A stretch of DNA of 40,134 bases from Deltaproteobacteria bacterium (GTDB taxonomy: Bacteria; Desulfobacterota; Syntrophia; Syntrophales; JAFGHS01), in NCBI GenBank assembly GCA_016930075.1, contig JAFGHS010000175.1, positions 1 through 40,134 on the forward strand, given 5' to 3'. Shown piece by piece: positions 26,304 through 37,409 of this stretch; the stretch's first letter is position 1, and each line of letters starts with the position of its first letter. The position numbers were made by a program, and so were the translations under genes. The notes under the pieces are model-generated. The model was not told the origin of the DNA and did no database searches. It saw only the letters and a list, made by a program, of their open reading frames with translations.

Positions 26304-28563
26304 GGGTCCTTTTCACCGTCACGTCGTCGTTTTCAATATCGGCTACGGCGCCGCCGCCGTTTTTGAGCTCTCCGAATAGGACCTCGTCCACAAAAAAGTG
26401 CTTGATCTTATCCTGAATCAGTCTGGCAATTTCACGGGCGCCGAACTCCGGGGAATAACCTCTTTTGCACAACCATGCGTAGCATCGATCCGTGACGTCG
26501 AGGGTTACATTTTTCGCCGCCAGCTGCGACCGGAATTCGTTGATCGCCTTCTTGACGATCATCAGAACCACATCATCCGTCAGGCCGTTAAAATTGACGA
26601 CGGCATCGAGGCGGTTTCTGAATTCCGGAGCAAAAATCCTTTCCAGGGCGGGGAAGACGGCGTCACGGTCAATGGGCTTCCCTTCAAAACCGATGGACTG
26701 CCTGCCGATCTGCCGGGTTCCCGCATTGGATGTCATGAGGACAATAACATTGCGGAAGTCGGCCCGTTTGCCGTTGTTGTCCGTGAGCGTTGCATAGTCC
26801 ATAATCTGCAGTAGGGTATTAAAAATATCCGCATGGGCCTTTTCGATTTCGTCGAGGAGCAAAACGGCGTGGGGCGTTTTGCGGATCGCTTCGGTCAAAA
26901 GCCCCCCTTCTTCATAGCCGACGTAGCCGGGAGGGGCGCCGACAAATTTCGCAACCGTATGCTTTTCCTGATATTCGCTCATGTCGTAACGGAGAAGCGG
27001 TATGCCCAGCGTGGCCGCAAGCTGCCTGGCCAGTTCCGTTTTGCCGACGCCGGTGGGACCGACGAACAACAGGGATGCGACGGGTTTATCGGGTTCACGG
27101 AAACCGGCCCGCGAGCGCTTAACCGCCTCGACGACCATACCCACGGCCTCTTCCTGTCCAAATACATGGGTCTTCAAGTCGGCATCCAGATCCTTTAACC
27201 TGTCCAACTCCGTTGAAGAGACGCTTTTCTCCGGAATCTTGGCGATCCTTGCCACAACGGCTTCGATATCGGACAATCCGACAGGTTTGCCAGCCTTTTC
27301 TTCGGTGTTTTCGATATTTATATAAGCTCCGGCTTCGTCGATTACATCGATGGCCTTGTCCGGCAAGCGGCGGTCATTGATAAATTTATCCGATAGCTCC
27401 GCCGCGGCGTGAAGCGTGTCGTCGGAATAAGACACCTGATGATAGGCTTCGTATTTGTCGCGCAAGCCTTTTAAGATCAGAAAAGTTTCTTCAACCGTCG
27501 GTTCGGGGACTTCGATTTTCTGGAACCGCCGGGACAGGGCGCCGTCCTTTTCAAAGTATTTTCGATATTCATCATACGTGGTTGAGCCGATACAGCGCAG
27601 TTTGCCCGACGCCAGGGCAGGCTTCAGGATATTGGCTGCGTCCATGGACCCGCCGGAGACGGCCCCGGCGCCGACGACGGTGTGAATTTCGTCGATAAAC
27701 AGAATGACTTTTTCCTTTTGCTGCAATTCGGCGATAATGCGCTTCATGCGTTCTTCAAAGTCGCCCCGGTATTTGGTTCCGGCAAGAATCGATCCCATAT
27801 CGAGAGAATAAATTTTTGTGCCTATGAGTTTTTTCGGCACATTGCCGGAAGCGATGAGTTGGGCAAGTCCCTCGGTGATGGCCGTTTTGCCGACGCCGGG
27901 CTCGCCGACATGGACGGGATTGTTTTTAAAGCGGCGGCTCAAGACCTGAATAGTCCGGGCCAGAACATCTTCTCTGCCGATCAGGGGGTCCATTTCGCCG
28001 GCCAGGGCCTTTGCCGTTAATTCGGTTGTAAAAGATTGCAGAATCCTGCTCTTTTCCTGCTCTTTGGTTAAAGCCCCGGAACCTGTTTCGTTCCCGGCGC
28101 CGGGATCGGCGCTTTCGGCGGCGCTGTTCTCTTCCGGAAAGACAGAAACGCCGTGGGAGATGTAGTTGAGCAGGGCGTATCTCGTGATGCCGCTTTTGCT
28201 CAAATAATAGGCGGCGAACGACTCCTTTTCATCCATCATGGAAACAAGGACATCGCCGAATTCGAGCATTTCTTTCTGGGCCGATGTCGTATGCCAGACC
28301 GCCCGTTCAAGGACGCTTTGAAAACCGAGGGATTGGACGGTCATGGTGCCTTCTTTGGCAGGATGAATGTCTTTGAGGTGTTTTTCCAAAAGCTTCTTTA
28401 TCTGCGACGCATTTCCGCCGCAGCTGTTGATGGTTTTTGCGCCTTCCTCAAAAAAGAGGGAGGCGTAAAGCAGATGTTCCGGTGTGATGAATTCATGATT
28501 TTGCGTGGTGGCTTCCGAATAGGCCGCCATAATAATCTGATTGAGTGTTTCACTGATCTTCAT
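26281..28563 (-). CDS. clpA: ATP-dependent Clp protease ATP-binding subunit ClpA
   Basis: N-domain. Two AAA+ modules ([16 protein letters not shown]). Sensor motifs. ~760 aa, typical of ClpA. It follows clpS by 18 nt. Confidence 0.95.
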   Translation of the reverse strand: MKISETLNQIIMAAYSEATTQNHEFITPEHLLYASLFFEEGAKTINSCGGNASQIKKLLEKHLKDIHPAKEGTMTVQSLGFQSVLERAVWHTTSAQKEMLEFGDVLVSMMDEKESFAAYYLSKSGITRYALLNYISHGVSVFPEENSAAESADPGAGNETGSGALTKEQEKSRILQSFTTELTAKALAGEMDPLIGREDVLARTIQVLSRRFKNNPVHVGEPGVGKTAITEGLAQLIASGNVPKKLIGTKIYSLDMGSILAGTKYRGDFEERMKRIIAELQQKEKVILFIDEIHTVVGAGAVSGGSMDAANILKPALASGKLRCIGSTTYDEYRKYFEKDGALSRRFQKIEVPEPTVEETFLILKGLRDKYEAYHQVSYSDDTLHAAAELSDKFINDRRLPDKAIDVIDEAGAYINIENTEEKAGKPVGLSDIEAVVARIAKIPEKSVSSTELDRLKDLDADLKTHVFGQEEAVGMVVEAVKRSRAGFREPDKPVASLLFVGPTGVGKTELARQLAATLGIPLLRYDMSEYQEKHTVAKFVGAPPGYVGYEEGGLLTEAIRKTPHAVLLLDEIEKAHADIFNTLLQIMDYATLTDNNGKRADFRNVIVLMTSNAGTRQIGRQSIGFEGKPIDRDAVFPALERIFAPEFRNRLDAVVNFNGLTDDVVLMIVKKAINEFRSQLAAKNVTLDVTDRCYAWLCKRGYSPEFGAREIARLIQDKIKHFFVDEVLFGELKNGGGAVADIENDDVTVKRTHADLPTP

Positions 28564-28581
28564 GGTATTTTCCTTTTATAT

Positions 28582-28905
28582 TCAAGCTTCTTCCAGCGAA
28601 CATTTCAAAGGGAATTCCCTTTTCGCCGCCAAATGATGGACCTGGGCGACACGGGTGGCGGCGATATCGTAAGTATAGACGCCGCAAATGCCTTTGCCTT
28701 TCTTATGCACATCGAGCATGATCTTTGTCGCTTCAGCAGCCGGTTTACGGAACAGGGAGACGAGGACTTCGACAACGAAATCCATTGTCGTGTAATGGTC
28801 GTTATGCAGGATCACCTTGTACATCTTCGGCTCCGTAAGATCGATGTCCGTGTCGGCACGGGTGAACTCATCGGTTTTTATTCCGTTTGTTGGATGATCC
28901 GGCAT
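28582..28905 (-). CDS. clpS: ATP-dependent Clp protease adaptor ClpS (N-degron recognin)
   Basis: 107 aa. MYKVILHNDHYTTMDFVVEVL...HKKGKGICGVYTYDIA is characteristic of ClpS. Confidence 0.92.
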   Translation of the reverse strand: MPDHPTNGIKTDEFTRADTDIDLTEPKMYKVILHNDHYTTMDFVVEVLVSLFRKPAAEATKIMLDVHKKGKGICGVYTYDIAATRVAQVHHLAAKREFPLKCSLEEA

Positions 28906-29138
28906 GCCTGTCCCTTTATTGTTCTTGATTATTTTATAATAGTATAAGTCCTGACGCGGGGAGTGTCAATACGGTCTGAAATTCTCGAAATGCCTCATTA
29001 AAAACATGACACAAACGGTGTTTTAGTGAAGTTCGTTGATTCACAGACGGCAGTTGCCGAATTTAAGTTACAGCCGCATCATTACATGAAAAAAGGCTAC
29101 AATCGTAAGACTGTAACCTTTTCATTTGTTGATTTGTC

Positions 29139-29215
29139 TGGTGGGTCGTGCGGGATTTGAACCCGCGACCAACGGATTAAAAGTCCGCTGCTCTACCGAA
29201 CTGAGCTAACGACCC
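29139..29215 (-). tRNA. tRNA-Lys (anticodon UUU)
   Basis: The reverse complement reads GGGTCGTTAGCTCAGTTCGGTAGAGCAGCGGACTTTTAATCCGTTGGTCGCGGGTTCAAATCCCGCACGACCCACCA. It has the cloverleaf with a 7-bp acceptor stem, the anticodon loop CTTTTAA and an encoded CCA. It is nearly identical in layout to E. coli tRNA-Lys. Confidence 0.9.
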
Positions 29216-29282
29216 ACGAACCGTTCCTGCTTTCGCGGCTTGCCCTCTTAACAGCATACCCGTTCAAATGTCAAGGGGAAAA

Positions 29283-30587
<1,305 letters not shown>

Positions 30588-30604
30588 TTAATTTCTCCCC
30601 GATA

Positions 30605-32188
30605 TTACATGTGCAGGCTCTTCACCGATATGAAATGCGGCAGGCTTCGCAGCTTTTCCATCACTTCTTCGGAAACCATGCTGTCGGTGCTGAGTACGAC
30701 GAGGGCCTGTTTCACTTCTTCATCCAGACTCAAGTGCATTCTGGCGATATTGATGCTGTTTTCACCGAGCGTCGTTCCAATGTTGCCGATGACGCCCGGT
30801 CTGTCATAATTATAAACCACGAGCATGGGACCTTGAGGATTGACTTCCACCATAAATTTATCAATTTTGACAATGCGCGGTTCCTGCTTGCCGAAGATAG
30901 CCCCGGCGGCAAAACTCGTTTCTTTTGATGTCTTGATGGTGAGAGAGATCATGCTGGTGTAATCTTTCACGGCGCTGCTTTTCGCTTCGATCACCTTGAT
31001 GCCCCGTTCTTTGGCGATAACGGTGGCGTTGATGTAATTGACGTTTTCGTTCAGGATGGGAGTCAATAATCCCTTCAGAAGGGCAATGGTGATGGGGGCT
31101 ACATTGTACTCGATGATTTCGCCGCTGTATTCGACCGTTACTTCTTCAATGCCGCCCGCAACCAGTTGCGCCTCGAATTTGCCGAGTTTTTCCGCCAGAA
31201 CCAGATAGGGCTGCAGCACATTGAGCAGCTCAGCGCTGACGGATGGGAAATTCACAGCGTTTCTGATCTCCCCTTTGGTCAGATAATCCGCCATTTGTTC
31301 GGCGATGGCGATGGCGACGTTGGTCTGGGCTTCGTCTGTTGAAGCGCCCAGATGGGGCGTGGCAATGACCTGCTCCAACGCGAGCAATTCCGTGTTTTTC
31401 GTCGGTTCTTCTTCAAAAACATCAAGGGCGGCGCCGGCGATTTTCCCTTCGATAAGGGCCTCGTACAGGTCTTTTTCATTCACAATGCCGCCCCGTGCGC
31501 AGTTGATGAGCAAGGCCCCTTTCTTCATTTTGGCGAAGGCGGCCTTGTTCACGATGCCTTTTGTTTCTTTGGTCATGGGCGTATGAATGGAGATAAAATC
31601 GGCCGTTTTGAAAAGGTCGTCCAGACTGACCAGGGTAATGCCGATCTTTGCCGCCGCTTCCGGTGCGATGAAGGGGTCGTAAGCGATGACGTTCATTTTC
31701 AAACCCTGACAGCGGTCGGCGACGATGGAACCCACGCGTCCGATGCCGATGATGCCCAGGGTTTTATTGAAAAACTCCGTTCCCATGAATTTGTTTTTTT
31801 CCCACTTTCCCGCCTTCATGGAGGCCGTCGCCTGGGGGATTTTTCGGGCCAGGGCGATCATCATGGCAATGGCGTGTTCGCCCGTCGTGACCGTATTGCC
31901 GCCCGGCGTATTCATCACGACGATGCCTTTTTTGCTGGCTGCATCGACATCGATATTGTCGAAACCCACACCGGCGCGGCCGATGACGCTGAGCTTTTCG
32001 GCAAGGCCGATGACCTCTTTGTTTGCTTTCGTGGAACTCCTGACGGCAAGGCCGTCATAATCTTTAATGATCGCCTTAAGTTCATCGGGTGTAAGATTCG
32101 TCTTGACGTCAACCTCAATGCCCGGCGTATTCTTAAATATTTCAATACCTTCTTCCGATAGGCTATCACTGACCAAAACTTTTTTCAT
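30605..32188 (-). CDS. serA: D-3-phosphoglycerate dehydrogenase (long form with C-terminal ACT domain)
   Basis: NAD-binding GIIGIGRVG. Catalytic His/Glu region. ~527 aa with an ACT-like C-terminus. It lies 17 nt upstream of purA. Confidence 0.93.
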   Translation of the reverse strand: MKKVLVSDSLSEEGIEIFKNTPGIEVDVKTNLTPDELKAIIKDYDGLAVRSSTKANKEVIGLAEKLSVIGRAGVGFDNIDVDAASKKGIVVMNTPGGNTVTTGEHAIAMMIALARKIPQATASMKAGKWEKNKFMGTEFFNKTLGIIGIGRVGSIVADRCQGLKMNVIAYDPFIAPEAAAKIGITLVSLDDLFKTADFISIHTPMTKETKGIVNKAAFAKMKKGALLINCARGGIVNEKDLYEALIEGKIAGAALDVFEEEPTKNTELLALEQVIATPHLGASTDEAQTNVAIAIAEQMADYLTKGEIRNAVNFPSVSAELLNVLQPYLVLAEKLGKFEAQLVAGGIEEVTVEYSGEIIEYNVAPITIALLKGLLTPILNENVNYINATVIAKERGIKVIEAKSSAVKDYTSMISLTIKTSKETSFAAGAIFGKQEPRIVKIDKFMVEVNPQGPMLVVYNYDRPGVIGNIGTTLGENSINIARMHLSLDEEVKQALVVLSTDSMVSEEVMEKLRSLPHFISVKSLHM

Positions 32189-32235
32189 GGGACCTCTCCT
32201 CCTGATATAAACTGTTTTTAAATAGTGGTATGTCC

Positions 32236-33363
32236 TTAAAGGGTAGCCGTCTTTTCCTGATAAACTTTTTCCAGTTCAGCGATGGCGGTTTTAACATCCG
32301 TCGGTTCGATGGTCGGGCCGCACCAGAAACGGAATCCCGGAGGAGCGTCTTTGTAAGAGCCGATATCATGGGCCGCGTTTTTCTTGCTCAATTCGCTCGC
32401 GATGCCCTTGAGAAATTTTGACTGATCCTCTTTTGACAGGGCCTTGAACTTATCCGCCGTCACATTCAGGCAGACGGATGTGTTGGAGCGGATCTCTGCC
32501 GATTCGGCAAGAAACTCGATCCAGTCCGTTTTGTCAACCCAGTCTTCGAGCACTTTCAGATTCGCCTTGCTTCGGGCGATAAGGCCGCTGAGGCCGATTC
32601 CACCTGCCCACCGGAGGGCGTCTAAATAATCTTCTACACAGATCATGGATGTTGTATTAATGACCTCGCCGTCGAAGATGGCCTTGTTGATGGTATTGCC
32701 CTTTTTCAGACGGAATATCTTCGGCATGGGCCAGGGCGGATCGTAGGATTCAAGACGGGCGACGGCGCGGGGGCTCAATACGAGCATGCCGTGCGCGGCT
32801 TCTCCGCCAAGGCATTTCTGCCAGGAAAAGGTCAGGACGTCGATTTTCGACCAGTCGATATTCATGGCGAAGGCGGCGCTGGTGGCATCGCACAAAGACA
32901 ACCCTTCGCGGTCAGCGGGAATCCAGTCCCAGTTGGGGACTTTGACGCCGCTTGTCGTACCGTTGGCGACAAAGACAACATCGTTTGACCAGTTTACGGC
33001 CTTCAGGTCGGGGAGTTTCCCGTAGTCGGCCTTCATCACTGTGGGATTGAGCTTCAGTTCCTTGGTAATGTCGGACGCCCACCCCTGGCTGAAGCTTTCC
33101 CATGCCAATACCGTGACCGGTTTCGGTCCAAGGAGGCTCCACATGGCCGCTTCGAAAGCGCCCGTGTCGGAAGCCGGCATTATGCCAAGCAGATAATCGC
33201 TGGGAATTTCAAGGATTCGTTTACTTTCGCTGATGGCCGCCGCCAGCTTTTCCTTGCCCGGCGCCGAGCGATGGGATCGTCCGGTAAGGGCGTCTTTTAA
33301 GGCGTCAAAGTTCCATCCGGGTCTTTTACTGCAAGGGCCTGAGCTGAAATTCGGGTTGTGCAT
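32236..33363 (-). CDS. serC: Phosphoserine aminotransferase (long, Mycobacterium/archaeal-type SerC; class V aminotransferase)
   Basis: NFSSGPC N-terminal motif. PLP-lysine region [11 protein letters not shown] prefer the ATG at 33361-33363 ([11 protein letters not shown]) over 33405. It forms an operon with serA and purA. Confidence 0.85.
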   Translation of the reverse strand: MHNPNFSSGPCSKRPGWNFDALKDALTGRSHRSAPGKEKLAAAISESKRILEIPSDYLLGIMPASDTGAFEAAMWSLLGPKPVTVLAWESFSQGWASDITKELKLNPTVMKADYGKLPDLKAVNWSNDVVFVANGTTSGVKVPNWDWIPADREGLSLCDATSAAFAMNIDWSKIDVLTFSWQKCLGGEAAHGMLVLSPRAVARLESYDPPWPMPKIFRLKKGNTINKAIFDGEVINTTSMICVEDYLDALRWAGGIGLSGLIARSKANLKVLEDWVDKTDWIEFLAESAEIRSNTSVCLNVTADKFKALSKEDQSKFLKGIASELSKKNAAHDIGSYKDAPPGFRFWCGPTIEPTDVKTAIAELEKVYQEKTATL

Positions 33364-33564
33364 AGAACCATCCTTTGTGTGTGTTTTTTTTGCGAAGGGA
33401 AACATATACCAGCAACATCATATTTACTCAAGATGATTTTAGATCATTTCCATTTAATATTTGCCCAGGTTTCAGGTTGACGGTTTTAGTGAAAAAACAT
33501 ATATACAGCAAGGTTCGAGGCAAAAGGTTCAAGGTAAGTGGAACTCTCTAACTCCCTTCCATTT

Positions 33565-33712
33565 GGGAGACTGTGTCACAATAGGAAAAATTGTCATTAA
33601 AGACGTCATTCCGGCGAAAGCCGGAATCCAGAGGAATATGATTTTATTAACGTTTTCTGGATTCCCGCCTGCGCGGGAATGACAAAAAAGTGAATTGCGA
33701 CACAGTCTCTTG
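33565..33712. repeat. REP-like composite palindromic element in the divergent serC/radA intergenic region: an 11-13-bp outer inverted repeat enclosing two GC-rich hairpins
   Basis: Outer IR GAGACTGTGTC (33567-33577) pairs with GACACAGTCTC (33699-33709). Inner hairpin 1 GTCATTCCGGCGAAAGCCGGAATCCAG (33605-33631). Inner hairpin 2 CTGGATTCCCGCCTGCGCGGGAATGAC (33657-33683) is the reverse complement of hairpin 1 with compensatory changes in the stem core. The translations give the VIPAKAGIQ / WIPAFAGMT / SRAGGNP peptides seen in the spurious ORFs 33461..33682 and 33529..33795. Confidence 0.5.
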
Positions 33713-33781
33713 AGGGGGGGGGGGTAGGGTGGTGGTGAATAAGTTTCGAGAACCATACAGCAAGGCCCGGGAGCTGAGGCG

Positions 33782-35146
33782 ATGAAAAAAATCAAAACGC
33801 AATTTTTCTGTCAGAATTGCGGCCATTCATCACCGAAATGGCTGGGGAAATGCCCCTCCTGCAACGAGTGGAATTCGTTTGTCGAAGAGGAGGTCAGGAC
33901 GATTGATGGGGAAGGGGCGCAGGACCTGAAGTTCAATGGCGTCCCCATGCCCATTGATGCCATTACGGCCGATGAAGGGGAACGGGTCAGATCAGGAATC
34001 CTCGAAATGGACCGGGTTTTGGGCGGCGGGATTGTCCGCGGATCTGCCGTTCTCGTCGGCGGCGATCCGGGAATCGGCAAATCGACGCTCCTCCTCCAGG
34101 TTCTGCAAAAACTTGCCGAGCAGGAACTGACGGTGCTCTACGTATCCGGCGAGGAATCGGCCAAGCAGATCAAGCTGCGGGGGAAGCGCCTTGGGGCGTC
34201 CTCGAAAAACCTCCTGGTCCTGGTCGAGATCGATCTGGATGCCATCCTTCGGCAGATCAAGGAGATCAAGCCGGCGGCTGTCGTCATCGATTCCATCCAG
34301 ACCGTTTATTCGTCCGTTCTATCTTCGGCGCCGGGGAGCGTCGGTCAGGTGCGGGAGGCGACGGAAAAACTCATCCTTGTTGCGAAGAAGACGGGCATTC
34401 CCATATTTCTTGTCGGACATGTCACGAAAGACGGGTCCATCGCCGGACCTAAGGTCATGGAACATATGGTGGATACGGTTTTGTATTTCGAGGGCGATTC
34501 GGGGCATGCCTACCGGATCATCCGGGGAATCAAGAACCGCTTCGGCCCGGCCAACGAGATCGGCATCTTCGAGATGCGGGACAACGGCCTCATCGAGGTG
34601 GCCAACCCGTCGGAATTTTTCCTGTCCGAAAGGCCGGAAGGGGCGTCGGGTTCAGTGGTCTCGCCGAGCCTGGAAGGGACAAGGCCCATCCTTGTGGAAA
34701 TCCAGTCCCTCGTCAGCGCTACCAATTTGGGGATGCCGAGACGCACCGCCATCGGCGTGGATCACAACCGTGTTTCCATGCTCGTCGCCGTGATGGGCAA
34801 GGTCTGCGGCCTCCAACTGGGGAACCAGGATATCTTTATCAATGTGGCAGGCGGCGTCAAGGTCGAAGAGCCTGCCATCGATATGGGGATCGTGGCTTCC
34901 ATGGCCTCCAGCTATCTGGATCGCCCCATCGATGCAGGAACGGTGGTTTTCGGAGAAGTCGGTCTGTCGGGCGAGGTCAGGGGCATATCCCAGATGGATG
35001 TCCGGATCAAAGAGGCGGCGCGCATGGGATTCAACCGCTGCATTCTGCCCAGGACCCAGGGCCGGGACCGGCAGACAGGGGAGGGCGCCCGGATGAAACT
35101 GATCAGGATCAGCAGCCTGAAGGAGTTGTTGGGGCATCTGTTTTAA
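33782..35146 (+). CDS. radA: DNA repair protein RadA (Sms)
   Basis: N-terminal C4 zinc finger (CQNCGHSSPKWLGKCPSCNEWNS). RecA-like Walker A GDPGIGKST. KNRFG motif. C-terminal Lon-protease-like domain. Confidence 0.95.
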   Translation: MKKIKTQFFCQNCGHSSPKWLGKCPSCNEWNSFVEEEVRTIDGEGAQDLKFNGVPMPIDAITADEGERVRSGILEMDRVLGGGIVRGSAVLVGGDPGIGKSTLLLQVLQKLAEQELTVLYVSGEESAKQIKLRGKRLGASSKNLLVLVEIDLDAILRQIKEIKPAAVVIDSIQTVYSSVLSSAPGSVGQVREATEKLILVAKKTGIPIFLVGHVTKDGSIAGPKVMEHMVDTVLYFEGDSGHAYRIIRGIKNRFGPANEIGIFEMRDNGLIEVANPSEFFLSERPEGASGSVVSPSLEGTRPILVEIQSLVSATNLGMPRRTAIGVDHNRVSMLVAVMGKVCGLQLGNQDIFINVAGGVKVEEPAIDMGIVASMASSYLDRPIDAGTVVFGEVGLSGEVRGISQMDVRIKEAARMGFNRCILPRTQGRDRQTGEGARMKLIRISSLKELLGHLF

Positions 35147-35179
35147 TTGCAATGTCCCGGCAATGAACAGGTTTTTTTT
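35138..35179 (+). terminator. Rho-independent terminator of radA
   Basis: Imperfect stem CTGTT..ATTGC / GCAAT.GAACAG followed by T8 (35172-35179). It begins inside the radA stop codon region. Confidence 0.5.
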
Positions 35180-35291
35180 CAGAGCGTCATTTCGCTTGCG
35201 GAAAACATCCACCGAGGGACGGGCATTTATGCAGATAGTTTATTAACCAATAGAATCAATTCCTTATTACCTCAATTCCAGCCATAAATTA

Positions 35292-35320
35292 TCTTGACAT
35301 GAAAAAATACCGCTCCTATA
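35292..35320 (+). promoter_or_regulatory. Sigma70-type promoter candidate (TTGACA-17-TATACT), which would give a ~300-nt leader before the sirtuin gene
   Basis: TTGACA at 35292-35297, a 17-nt spacer, then TATACT at 35315-35320. It overlaps the start of the doubtful 73-aa ORF 35299..35520. Confidence 0.35.
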
Positions 35321-35634
35321 CTTCGCACAAAAGGGATAATACGGATCGTATTACAAAGAGGATTCTTCTTGATAATGCGGGGACCTATGTGGAAAGCCTT
35401 TTGGAAGCAGAGGATTTTCAGTTTACGGTAATGATGGAAAAAATGCCGAAGCTGGACATCAAAAGCACGAAGATATGCAAAAAAAGAGTGCCGACATTTT
35501 CAATCGCATGGGAGCCGTGAGTAGCATTCAAGAAGGCCGTACGGCCCGGCACATCCGGAGCTATGAGCCGGCTGTTGCCGCATTCCAAAGCGCCCTTCTC
35601 GATATGTGAATTAAAATTTGAGGGAGCAATATTA

Positions 35635-36342
35635 ATGACGAATGAAGATCTGGAAAAAAGAATACAGACCCTCGCCCAATGGCTTTATGAAGCCAGATAC
35701 CCCGTTGTTTTTACCGGCGCCGGGATCAGCACGGATTCGGGTATTCCCGATTTCAGGGGGCCGGACGGTCTCTGGACGAGGAGGGACAAGGGGCTGCCGG
35801 CAAAACCCATGAAGCCATGGGATTCCGTTGATCCGAACATCAACCACCTTGCCGTTACGGAACTTCAGAATATGGGGAAGCTGAAATTCCTGATCTCGCA
35901 AAATGTCGACAACCTGCATCTGAAAGCAGGCATTCGCCCCGAAATTCTGGCGGAGCTGCATGGAAATATTGCACTGCTGCGTTGTCAGAAATGTCAAAGA
36001 ACGATTGAAAAATCGTCGGATAAGCGCATTTGTGCGTGCGGCGGCGAGCTGAAAAGCAGTGTCGTCGATTTTGGCCAGTCCCTGCCTGCCAAAGATCTGG
36101 CCCAGTCATTTGAACATTCGGGGAAAAGCGATCTTTTTATCGTCATCGGGTCGAGCCTTGTCGTGACGCCTGCCGCTCACATGCCCCAGGAAGCACTGGC
36201 TGCCGGAGCCAGGCTGGTGATCATCAATCAGGGGGATACGCCTTATGACATGAATGCACAATTAAGGTTTTTTGAATCCATAAGCGAGGTGCTTCCGCCG
36301 GCCGTTAAAAAACTGAAGAAGCTTATGGGGCTGTTCGAATAG
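35635..36342 (+). CDS. cobB: NAD-dependent protein deacylase, Sir2 family (CobB-type sirtuin)
   Basis: GAGISTDSGIPDFRG NAD-binding motif. QNVDNLH catalytic His. Zn-ribbon CQKC...CACGG. GAGGGAG SD before the ATG at 35635. The ORF-track start at 35563 lacks an SD. Confidence 0.85.
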   Translation: MTNEDLEKRIQTLAQWLYEARYPVVFTGAGISTDSGIPDFRGPDGLWTRRDKGLPAKPMKPWDSVDPNINHLAVTELQNMGKLKFLISQNVDNLHLKAGIRPEILAELHGNIALLRCQKCQRTIEKSSDKRICACGGELKSSVVDFGQSLPAKDLAQSFEHSGKSDLFIVIGSSLVVTPAAHMPQEALAAGARLVIINQGDTPYDMNAQLRFFESISEVLPPAVKKLKKLMGLFE

Positions 36343-36360
36343 CAAACAGGAGTCAACGAT

Positions 36361-36588
36361 ATGAAACCAATTAAAAAAAAGCTGCAAGATCCGAGACATC
36401 ACGAACGGGATGCCGAAGACGAGTGGAATGAGGATGACTTCTCCATTGGTGAGGAGGACGAAATAGACAAGTGGGACGATTTATCCCTGGACGATCTTGA
36501 AGAACTCGACGAAATGGACGAAATGGACGAATGGGATGAAGATTCCCTGATGGATGACGGCGAAGACGATGAGGACGAATGGGATTAA
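36361..36588 (+). CDS. Hyper-acidic small protein (75 aa, ~50% Asp+Glu, four Trp in D/E-W-D/N contexts), co-transcribed with the sirtuin
   Basis: MKPIKKKLQDPRHHER followed by DAEDEWNEDDFSIGEEDEIDKWDDLSLDDLEELDEMDEMDEWDEDSLMDDGEDDEDEWD. CAGGAG SD 8 nt upstream. It lies 18 nt after the cobB stop. Its stop overlaps the convergent alpha/beta-hydrolase stop by 4 nt. Confidence 0.5.
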   Translation: MKPIKKKLQDPRHHERDAEDEWNEDDFSIGEEDEIDKWDDLSLDDLEELDEMDEMDEWDEDSLMDDGEDDEDEWD

Positions 36589-37409
36589 CAAGTCGCTGAC
36601 AGGTGTTTTTTGATAAAATCTTTTGCCGCGCCGTTGAAATCATCGGCGGCATCGATGTTGACGGCATGTCCGCCGTTGAACTCAACGATATGAAGGTGCG
36701 GCATGTTGGCTTCGGCAAAATTGCGGAACGGGGTAAAACGTTTTTCCTGCCTGCCGCTGATCAATAAAGTAGGCGTCGTATTTTTGTGAATCTCCTGACG
36801 AACGGATAGCTGTGGAAACGTGTAGCGCATGGTATTGGCGACTCCCAGAGGGCTGATCAGCTTCGAATCTTCCACCAGCGCCGCTTTCACGTCTGCGCGG
36901 AGCCGTCGGGCGTTGGCCGGATGAATAGGGAGTTTGCGAATCCCGTCGATGCCTTCCTGAAGAATGGCTTCGGCTGAGGCCGTTGTCCCCTTTCTTGTTT
37001 CTTCCATGTCATGGATTTCCCGGAAAGCGGATGTCGTATTCGTGAATATCTGGGCGGTCACGCGTTCCGGGCATTCGAGGGCGTATCGCAGCGTAAGGCC
37101 CGCGCCCAGCGATTGTCCGCAGAGCATCCATTGCGATATGCCGAGGCTTTTGCGGATGTTTTCAAAGGCGCTGATGTATCCTGCAGGGCTGTACGCATCG
37201 GGCCGGTCGGGCGCCGGCGAGCGGCCATGCCCCAGCAGTTCGACAATGACAAGCCGGGCCGTTTGAGAAAGGGATGCAATATTCGGGATCCACTGGGCGC
37301 GGCTGGAAAGGAATCCGTGAAGCAGCAGGATGTGGGGGCCGTTTTTCCCGTGCACCTCCCAGTAAGGTTCGTATGACCGAGGTGAATGATTCATAATTGC
37401 TGTCGTCAT
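36585..37409 (-). CDS. Alpha/beta-fold hydrolase
   Basis: HILLLHGF oxyanion region. GxSxG nucleophile CGQSLGAG. C-terminal His (GGHAVN). Confidence 0.85.
   Translation of the reverse strand: MTTAIMNHSPRSYEPYWEVHGKNGPHILLLHGFLSSRAQWIPNIASLSQTARLVIVELLGHGRSPAPDRPDAYSPAGYISAFENIRKSLGISQWMLCGQSLGAGLTLRYALECPERVTAQIFTNTTSAFREIHDMEETRKGTTASAEAILQEGIDGIRKLPIHPANARRLRADVKAALVEDSKLISPLGVANTMRYTFPQLSVRQEIHKNTTPTLLISGRQEKRFTPFRNFAEANMPHLHIVEFNGGHAVNIDAADDFNGAAKDFIKKHLSATC

Noticed and set aside
33461-33795. Two overlapping ORFs (73 aa plus, 88 aa minus) between serC and radA
   Set aside because: They are translations of the REP-like palindromic element (the VIPAKAGIQ / WIPAFAGMT / SRAGGNP signatures). 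They lie on opposite strands covering each other and have no SDs.
35299-35520. 73-aa ORF upstream of cobB
   Set aside because: Its ATG sits inside the best promoter candidate (TTGACA 35292-35297) and has no SD. It is more likely part of a long 5' leader.
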